NCBI GenBank assembly: GCA_964016885.1
Contig: OZ024741.1
Coordinates: 340,690,001-340,754,000 of the forward strand
Origin: Eledone cirrhosa
Lineage: Eukaryota
Direction of reading: 5' to 3'
DNA: 64,000 nucleotides
Below are positions 54,655-64,000 of the stretch, one piece after another (positions within the stretch are counted from its first letter, which is position 1; each line of letters begins with the position of its first letter). Below the pieces are notes generated by a model, which had not been told where the DNA came from, ran no database searches, and saw only the letters and a list, made by a program, of their open reading frames with translations. The position numbers were made by a program, and so were the translations under genes.

Positions 54655-56513
54655 CCCTGCATCACATAGTTGCGAGGAGTGAAAGTCTTAACCGCTCAGC
54701 CATACATACATATATGCCGCTATTAATGTTTTCTTATCAGGAAACCTTTCCAGAGATGTATAATAAGTCATTTCTCCACACATTCACCTCTCTAAGTATG
54801 ATGTTGTAATGTCTGGCGCTGTTTAAGGTTAATGTCTTATTGTAAGATGTTCTCTTTACAACTAGGGCTTGTAATGATTAGGGATTTATATATATATATA
54901 TATATATATCCCCGAAATATTGGATAACATCTCTAAATAACTTTCATATCTTTCACGTATTTATAATAAGATTTCCATATTTTGTCTAAATTGTTTAGTA
55001 TTGAATACTAAAGTTGTTGTGTATATACAACGACTAGTTTAAATGTGCAACCAATCATATCATGGGAGGAGGTGAGTGATGTGTGTTGAGATATATAAGA
55101 CACAGTACAGGCGATGCTTGAAGTTACTGGATGAGAAGCACGGAACAGGATAAAAAACATTTAATTGTTTTTGATTAAAGGAACATTTATAACATTTATT
55201 TTAATTCTATTAGTAAGTTTATTGTTATAGGTTCATGTACTTTATGTTTTAGAAGCTTCCAGATGACAAGTTCATCAATTCTATTAACGTTATATATATC
55301 TGGTTTACGTAACATACTGCATCATTGTGTGTGTGTGTGGTTTTTGGGCCGTTTCAAAGCATAATATATCTGTTGTAATTGATATAGGGTTATTAAGACT
55401 ATCTCTTTCTTTATGGCAACTTTGGTTGGTCTTCTATCATGTGGGAATATCTAACAATTATTTTTTAAATTCAATTCTGTGTACATGCAGAGCCAGCGCT
55501 ACCAATGAAGCCAACTAAGCAGACGCCTAGTTCTCTCACCTATGAGCGGCACCTTACGAAACATCAAAGGGTCACAGTTTTATACCAATGAGTATAATTA
55601 AATAAAATCTATAATATTTTCCCGCAATCAACAAATAAATTACTAAATATCCTTGCCGCGTTGCAGTGCTGTGGAAATATCCAAATACGCGGAGGCAGCT
55701 GTATGGTGTTATGACCTATAATATGATTTGGAGTGGGTGAGTGGGGACTGTGTAGTGGGAAATGCATATGTAGTAATATGAGCTTACTAAACAAGGTTGG
55801 AATAATCACATTTTGGAGACAGGGACGCTAAATATCCAGGTGCTGACCCGGAATGCATGGCTCTGTGTGAGTATGATTAAAGGGTTTTTCCCGGCAGAAC
55901 CTTTATGTCTGTATAATTTTACAACAGAAATTTATAATATAATAAAGGGGGGAGAGCAAGACAGCGTCCGTTTTATATTTTTTTTATCCTATTAGTAAAA
56001 TAAGTTGGATTATTTTGAATAAATAATGAATATTATGTAATTTATCTACTAAATTTCGTAGCTCTTCATTAAACATAAATATTCTTATATATAAAGTATT
56101 GCTTATTTTAAGATCCATTTCTTTAAAATTTTCAAATGTCAACACTTCCGGTTAACGTCCCTTATATCATAACTAACACTCATCACATCGCTTATATAAA
56201 CGTTCATATATTCGCATCGTTATATAAGGTTTATATTTCCGTCGCTAATTTTCTCCTTTTTCATAGCATTTTAGTTTATCATATATGCAGCTTATATATA
56301 ATATTGTCTTTTTTTAATGTATCGTGGATTACTTTACTGATTACAGAAGAGAGTGTAACACAGACTTCGTTCAATTTCTGTGCATATTGTCAATTACGAT
56401 TTTATTTGACGTATCATATGTATATGCATATAGATTTGAGTATAATATCATTATGCACACTACAGATGCTAGCAGAAAACCACATAAAAAGTGTTTTTTC
56501 TGCTAGTTACGGT

Positions 56514-56700
56514 AATAATTGTTTCTATTTTTTGGCACAAGGCCAGCAATTACCCAGTACATTACTGGTACTTTATTTTATCGACCCCGTAAGGATGAAA
56601 GGCAAAGTTAACCTCGGCGAGATTTGAACTCAGTTCGTAAAGGGACGTAACTGTGCTGCAAAGCATGGCGTCTGACTATCTACCGATACTGCCAATCCGC
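56514..56700 (-). mobile_element. Main-family SINE
   Basis: Reverse complement of the family sequence. Confidence 0.88.
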
Positions 56701-56969
56701 TAATAATAAGAGAGCGTGTAAACCCCTGGAACGGGAAAATACACACACACACACACTCACGCGTACACACACGCGCACACTTAGAATAGAAGCTTCCACC
56801 GTATTTTTTAACTAAAGAAATTTTAGCCTGATAGTATGGTTTAGAACCCTCTATGAAATAGAAAAAGATGAGTATTGACGTATATGTACGTACATGTACG
56901 TCAAAACTCATCTTTTTCGGCGAAAACTTGTATTTCTAATTTCAAATTCGCTTGCTTTTTCAAAACATA

Positions 56970-56971
56970 CT

Positions 56972-57002
<31 letters not shown>

Positions 57003-57036
57003 ATATATTTATGTAAGTATATATATATATATATGC

Positions 57037-57078
<42 letters not shown>

Positions 57079-57453
57079 GTAAGTATATATATGTGTGTGT
57101 GTATGTGTATATGTATATATATATATGTAAGTATATATAAATATATATATGTGTGTGTGTGTATATATGTATATATATATGTAAGTATATATGTGTGTGT
57201 GTGTGTATGTATATATATATGTAAGTATATATATATATGTGAGTGTGTGTGTAAATGTCTATATATATATATATATATACGTGTGTGTGTGTGTCTGTGT
57301 ATGTATATATATATATGTAAGTATATATACATGTGTGTGTGTGTGTCTGTATGCATATATATATGTAAGCATGTATACATATATATGTGTGCGTGTGTAT
57401 ATGTATATATATATATGTGTGTGTATATGTATATATATATATATATATGTAAG

Positions 57454-57486
<33 letters not shown>

Positions 57487-57544
57487 GTAAGCATATATGT
57501 ATACAGATGTAAGTATATATATATGTGTGTGTGGGTATATATAC

Positions 57545-57576
<32 letters not shown>

Positions 57577-57656
57577 ATATGTAAGCATATATGTATACAT
57601 ATGTAAGTATATATATATATATATATATGTGGGTGTGTGTATATATATATATATAT
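56970..57656. repeat. Compound TA/TG microsatellite punctuated by GTAAGT
   Basis: Recurring ATATGTAAGTATAT within TA/TG runs. Confidence 0.9.
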
Positions 57657-59515
57657 GACATTGATATTTGGTGGTTGTTTCCAATTAAACTGTGGAATTT
57701 CCATCGGATTAGCTAATTATTATTAAATTTCATAAACATAAGATATAGATTATTGATGGTCCACCAAAACTCTATCGTAAATAGGTAAACAGTGTTGGAG
57801 AATTTAGTCTTGTATAAGAATTTAGTCTTGTGTGCCTGACAGAACCACAGAGATTACACTATCTACGTTACAAACCTTATTTCATACGTCCCCACATTAG
57901 AATTACGTCAGAAAATATTGATTTCTAATTTAGTCACAAGGTTAGCAATTTTTGGGAAGGAAACATTTAATCAAATTAATTAAATATTTAAAAATGGCAA
58001 TTCCCTTATGGCTGACCGAAGAAACTTTTTTTATTGTAACACATTAAAGCCTGACAATATTTAGATACATCACCATCACCATTACCATCAGCACTATCAT
58101 GCACTTTTAGGGGTTAACAAATAAACAAAAAAAACTTTTGTCTTTTCTGACTTTCTCATTTCCACGTGAAGGTACGTGACTTAGTGATTAGAGGGTTGAA
58201 GTCACAATCGTGAGGTTGTGTATCGGATTCCCTGGCCGAGTGATGCGTTGTTTCCTTGAGCAAGACACTTATTTCACGTTGCTGCATTTCACTCAGCTGG
58301 AGGGAAACTTTCTATGTACAAAAGCCATGGTCATTCCTGATCGAAGGTGGGGGACGTCTTTACTCCTTTTTTACTTAATCGACCCGAAAAGGCTGAAAGA
58401 CAACATTGACCACGGCAGGATTTGAACTCAGAATTTAAAGAGTCTGAACAAATATCTCAATGGCATTTTATCTGAGGCTCTATCAATCCTGCGATTCCAC
58501 CACCATTTACTCCAGTAAATATTAATAATCCCTCAGGTTTTATATGGTGTTTTGTAAATAGTTTATTCAAGGATGTCAAATATCTCATTGGTTTGATTAC
58601 ATTCAAAGATGTTTAGTTAACGCGAAGCGAGAGAGTTACATAAAACATCGGGCTAAATATTTAGTCTTGTGACTGGTGCTGTTACAACAGATTGAAAGCG
58701 GCCATATTGGTTCATCGTGTAAATATGTTCAGTGGAAGTGAACCAGAAGAATAAACACTGCACAGCATACACATACAAAAAAATACGCAGAAACACTGAC
58801 ATTTATGTAAATGCATTACACCAGCATATGAAAGTATGTTGCTTAGTGGTTAGAGTGTTTAGTTCACGATCGTAAAATCGTAAGTTCTATTCCCGGCGGC
58901 AAATTGTGTCTTTGAGCAAGACACTTTATTTTACGTATTTCTTTTTTACTATGAAAATAGTCGAGCAATGTGGGAACATAAGCCCCTAAAGTGAACAGTA
59001 TCGCATGTGAGAATCAAATTCACACCTGTCATGTGAGATCTCTTGGGACTTATATGCATAACTTGTTCGACGATTTTTCGTAGTAAAAAAAGAAACTATG
59101 TTGAAGTAGCTTACTTTAAAGTAACATACTTTCGAAATTTGCTATACGCTTCTTGAATTTTTATCTACTTTATTTCACGTTGCTCCAATCCAGAAAGGTG
59201 GAAAAAATTAGTTGGACATGTAATTCGAAGGACCAGCCTTGTCTCACAGTGTGTCACTTTGAAAGTTACTAAGGCTTACATGACTGGAATGCGCAGCCAC
59301 TTACTCCGAAACGAATTATCTCTGTCGCCTGTTCATAGCCATTTGAAAGTCAACATAAGCGACCGATACCGTTCGCTTGATATAGTAAGAAAAAATATTT
59401 TAACGTTCCAGATGTTAGTACTTCATCCGAAGAGAGGATAAGAGATAGAAAGATAGTAAGAAGTAAAAGAAGTGGAAAGAAATGTGTGTTTAGTCAGCCA
59501 TATATATATGGGTCA

Positions 59516-59705
59516 GTGGATTGGCAGTATCGGTAGAGGGTCGGACGCCATGCTTTGACGCATAGAGTTACGGTCCTTGCCATTCTGAGTTCAAATCCCG
59601 CCGAGGTTAACTTTGTCTTTCATCCTTTCGGGGTCGATAAAATAAAGTACCAGTAATGCACTGGGTAATTGCTGGCCTTGTGCCAAATGTAGAAACAATT
59701 ATTAT
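59516..59705 (+). mobile_element. Main-family SINE
   Basis: Full head, central domain and AATTATTA tail. Confidence 0.9.
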
Positions 59706-60259
59706 AGTTGTAAGAAAGGAAGAAGTGGGATAGTATATGACAGATGGCAATTCAATTTGCTGGTAAACAAGTATATAGAAGGTTTTTAATGAGAATACAA
59801 TGAGTATATGGCTTATTTTATCTAAATAAGAATTTTTGGGAGTGCCTATTTTAATCTATATTTGACCAGTTGAAAATGGACAGGGCTGGTCGTTTTGTGT
59901 AGTAGTATTAATACAGATATGTGTCAAGTAAGGAAGAGAGAGATTTTCACTGCTACTGTATAACAACAATGCTGGTAGCCTGCTGCATTGTTGTTACACA
60001 GTAGCAGTGAAAATCTCCCTCTTCCTTACTTGACACTTTATATCTGTATTAATACTACTACACCAAACGACCAGCCCTGTCCATTGTTCAACTGGTCAAA
60101 TATAGATTAAAATAGGCACTCCCAAAAATTTTTATTTAGATAAAATAAGCCATATACTCATTGTATTCTCATTAAAAACCTTCTATATACTTATTTACCA
60201 GCAAATTGAATTGCCATCTGTCATATACTATCCCTTCTCTTCTTCCTTTCTTACAACTA
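59705..60259. repeat. Palindrome with ~270-bp arms and 12-bp spacer; right arm continues into an HHR
   Basis: 59705-59972 is approximately the reverse complement of 59985-60259, with a few mismatches. Confidence 0.93.
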
Positions 60260-60302
60260 ATATAAATACTTTGATTTTTCTGATTTTTTCCAATTTATCC
60301 AA

Positions 60303-60420
60303 TATCTCTGAAGAAGTGACAACTGATTATACATTTGCTATCGAATACTTGCTAACATTATATGATTACGCAAGCAGCGATACATAGGTATTCCGTCTGT
60401 TACAGAAACATATGTCAATA
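60303..60420 (+). ncRNA. Type I hammerhead ribozyme, family E, long stem II, imperfect stem I
   Basis: TATCT-CTGAAGA-A GTGACA...TGTTAC A-GAAA-CATATG-TC-AATA; palindromic stem III ACAUAUGU; inner hairpin TATCG..CTTGC/GCAAG..CGATA. Confidence 0.68.
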
Positions 60421-60466
60421 CCTAATAAATTCCTTTATAAAAGCACTTTCATTTTATATTCATCTT

Positions 60467-60508
<42 letters not shown>

Positions 60509-60730
60509 TATATATATATATCATCTTTTTAACCCGTTAGTTTTTCCCTTACTTTGGTATTGTGTGTTAGGTTTTGCCTACCACAATGTTCAATTTGTCA
60601 AGCTATTTAAACGTATGTTATTACTCTAAGGACCTACCCTTATTGAGTGCTTTGCTAACTCATTCATATTGTAGGTCGACTTTGCTTGCCCACAGCCATA
60701 GCTTCGATTCTACTAAGCTTCCACTTGTAT

Positions 60731-60788
<58 letters not shown>

Positions 60789-61325
60789 ATATATATATAT
60801 ATATGATATATATATATATATATGATATATATATATATATATGATATATATATATATATATGATATATATATATATATATATATGATATATATATATATA
60901 TATGATATATATATATATATATGATATATATATATATATATCATATATATATATATATATCATATATATATATATATATATGATATATATATATATATAT
61001 CATATATATATATATATATCATATATATATATATATATATGATATATATATATATATATATGATATATCTCCCTCTGGTCGAGTAATCTTTGAAGTGTGG
61101 TGACTGCTGGAAAGCTGCCATTACTCATACTTCTCGTCTCCTTCACCACCTCTTCTACGGCTTCGATATAAATACCCCCTCCGCCTCCGTGGTATTTTCT
61201 TCGGGGTTATAAGAGGCTTAGCTCTGTTTCTTGACCGTTGTATCACGTGACTATCTCCCCCTCCGCCTTTTGGGATTCTTTCTCACATCATATAGACGCG
61301 TTCTTGAAGCTAGTAAAACGAGGTA

Positions 61326-61415
61326 TCCTCTTGATAAGTCGGCAGACCTCGCAAAAACTCTATATGTTTATGATGTATTGTATTTGTTTATGCCACGAAA
61401 CTACGTAGTCGAGGA
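61326..61415 (+). ncRNA. Type I hammerhead ribozyme, family F (U3:A8 core variant)
   Basis: TCCTC-TTGATAA-GT C GGCA...TGCC AC-GAAA-CTACGTAG-TC-GAGGA; palindromic stem III; GUC triplet. Confidence 0.85.
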
Positions 61416-61518
61416 ATCTAGGAGCAGTTTAGGTATGATACATTTTATTACTAATTGTATCTAAATATTTCTTCTCTCTTCATTATATATATATATATAT
61501 ATATATGATATATATATA

Positions 61519-61598
<80 letters not shown>

Positions 61599-61941
61599 TA
61601 TACATATATATATCATATATATACACACATACACACACACAGACGAACATACCTTCGTACACACATTATCATCAGAATTTCACGCCCCCTTTCAACGTTG
61701 TCATAGATTGCATATATAAACGCGCGCGTACACACATGCGCAGTGTTTTTGCATAGCTATGGCTTTCTAAATATTAATTTATGAACATACCGTATTTCAT
61801 TAGAAATACGAAATCCAAATACACATTTGTATACAGCTATGTTTGAAGCTAACTTCTAATTACATATATATCCTGATGATTTCTAAAGAATGAAACAGTT
61901 CTAGTCCTGTAGAATCTCATCTATATTAAAACTATATATAT

Positions 61942-62392
61942 ATTAGAATTGGAGCTCTGAAATAGCAATATATATATGGATGTATATATAATGTATTTTG
62001 CAATACACTTTATGCTTTTAATTAAGCATAAAGTGTATTGCAAAATACATTATATATCCATCCATATATATATTGCTATTTCAGAGCTCCAATTCTAATT
62101 TTTAATTTCTGCCTGATCAACAATCGCTCTGTATAATCAGTTCCTGATTATTTACTAGAATTCTATAAGAATATAACATCAGTAATCTCAGTAGACAGGA
62201 GGAGTAGTCAGCCTTGATAAGCTTCAACAAAAGCGAAACAAGGCCTTGTCGGCTTATCTCCCCTGTTTGCTGAGATTAAAGTAAGTGAATTTGTCACTAC
62301 TCTAAAACAATAGCATACGGTCTTCAAAATGCTTTTAATTAAGCATAAAGTGTATTGCAAAATACATTATATATACATCTATATATATATAG
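61942..62392 (+). mobile_element. Terminally redundant ~317-bp HHR-bearing unit with 76-bp inverted 5' copy (retrozyme-like)
   Basis: Palindrome arms 61942-62017 / 62024-62099; direct repeat ATGCTTTTAATTAAGCATAAAGTGTATTGCAAAATACATTATATA at 62012 and 62329. Confidence 0.78.
62210..62254 (+). ncRNA. Type I hammerhead ribozyme, family G (U3:A8 core variant)
   Basis: AGCC-TTGATAA-GCTT CAACAA AAGC-GAAA-CAAGGCCTTG-TC-GGCT; stem I extends via AATCTCAGTAGACAGG/CCTGTTTGCTGAGATT. Confidence 0.9.
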
Positions 62393-62521
62393 TAAATATT
62401 GAGTTAGAAACTAACAATTGTCCCTTACAATTAAAATAATTCAAGGAAAACATTTTCCGAGCCTTATATTATAATAAAGGTCCCTTATGATTTGAACGCA
62501 TATCTGTGTTTATCTCTTTTT

Positions 62522-62592
<71 letters not shown>

Positions 62593-62765
62593 TGTATATG
62601 TATATATATATATATGTGTGTATATATATATATATATATAAATGTATATATGTATATATATATGTATATATATATATGTATATATATACATATATATACA
62701 TATATATATATATGTATATATATATGTATATATATATATGTATATATATATGTATATATATATGA

Positions 62766-62797
<32 letters not shown>

Positions 62798-62802
62798 GTA
62801 TA

Positions 62803-62835
<33 letters not shown>

Positions 62836-62843
<8 letters not shown>

Positions 62844-62908
62844 TTATTATAAGTACAGATTAAAGTTTAATTTGCTTAGACTTTAATCTGTACTTATAAT
62901 AAGTATAT

Positions 62909-62911
<3 letters not shown>
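62836..62911. repeat. Short palindrome (~30-bp arms) at a (TA)n/(GA)n boundary
   Basis: TACTTATTATAAGTACAGATTAAAGT ... ACTTTAATCTGTACTTATAATAAGTA. Confidence 0.85.
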
Positions 62912-62958
<47 letters not shown>

Positions 62959-63115
62959 AGAGGGAGAGGAAAGAGATCCCAAATTAAATAAGGTACTCAA
63001 TATATTAGTAGCGTGTGAGCATCAATATTTAATATAGAAATGGCTTCTACAGGACCTAGAACTGTTTAATTCGTATGTCTATAAACGCACACACACACAC
63101 ACACACGCGCGCACA

Positions 63116-63194
<79 letters not shown>

Positions 63195-63659
63195 CGACTA
63201 ATTATCGAGTCATCACCTCAAGCAACGACTCTACCATTAACCCCATTACCCCCTACAACAACACAACCACCACCAGGCACACTATCACAACGTCAAAACC
63301 ATCAAAACCGCAGCCAGATACACCATGATAACAACAATTATAACACCACCACCACCACAACTACCACCAGATGCACCATTCACAACAACAACAACAATTG
63401 CTCTGTTTCTCTATTTCTCATATATTTACATCACCTGAGGTAGCCACTTACTGACTAATGGTTGGTGGTTGGAGATAACAGAAATTAATGGAGCCAAGGA
63501 AATATTAAACACACACACAGACGCATATTTATATAAGTACAGAATTTATATATATGAGTTTCTATGAATATGTAGATATGTGTGTGTGTGTTTATATATA
63601 TATATATAATTATCTCCTGTGATTATTCATGTTTATTTATATGTTAATCAATTTCTAGT

Positions 63660-63737
<78 letters not shown>

Positions 63738-63791
63738 TACTTTAAGACATTTTTTAATCGTTGTTGCTCCCAGAAAGATCTAGTGCAACAA

Positions 63792-63854
<63 letters not shown>

Positions 63855-64000
63855 GGCACGTGCACATATACATATATAACGAAAGAAATAAGGAAGAGAC
63901 TGGTAATTTGAATAGCGCGAGAGGTTAAAACAAAGTGATCGGAATAAATGCACAAAAACGCAAAAATTTGTGCCATGAATACACTTTGGCTGAATAGAAG

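Overview
Eukaryotic, repeat-dominated animal genomic DNA with no recognisable intact host gene. The SINE family and abundant (TA)n/(CA)n microsatellites resemble octopus/cephalopod sequence (inference only). Bases 1 to ~18,200 are a 54-bp tandem array (~335 units, running off the left edge) with higher-order structure. The remaining 46 kb is a mosaic of decayed RTE-type LINEs, tRNA-derived SINEs, non-autonomous Helitron-like elements, a mariner, two MITEs and Penelope-like elements (PLEs, RT + GIY-YIG). The main observation is a dense set of type I hammerhead ribozyme (HHR) motifs read directly from the sequence: 13 well-formed copies in 7 unrelated sequence families, plus degenerate ones. They lie in PLE pseudo-LTRs and in non-coding retrozyme-like units, including a 428-bp tandem unit and a ~317-bp terminally redundant unit. 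Most are head-to-head inverted insertions into (TA)n tracts. Several families share unusual features: a U.U mismatch at 10.1/11.1, long structured stem II insertions, and the compensated U3:A8 core. All structures and coordinates were derived by eye; nothing was searched or folded computationally, so novelty is unverified.
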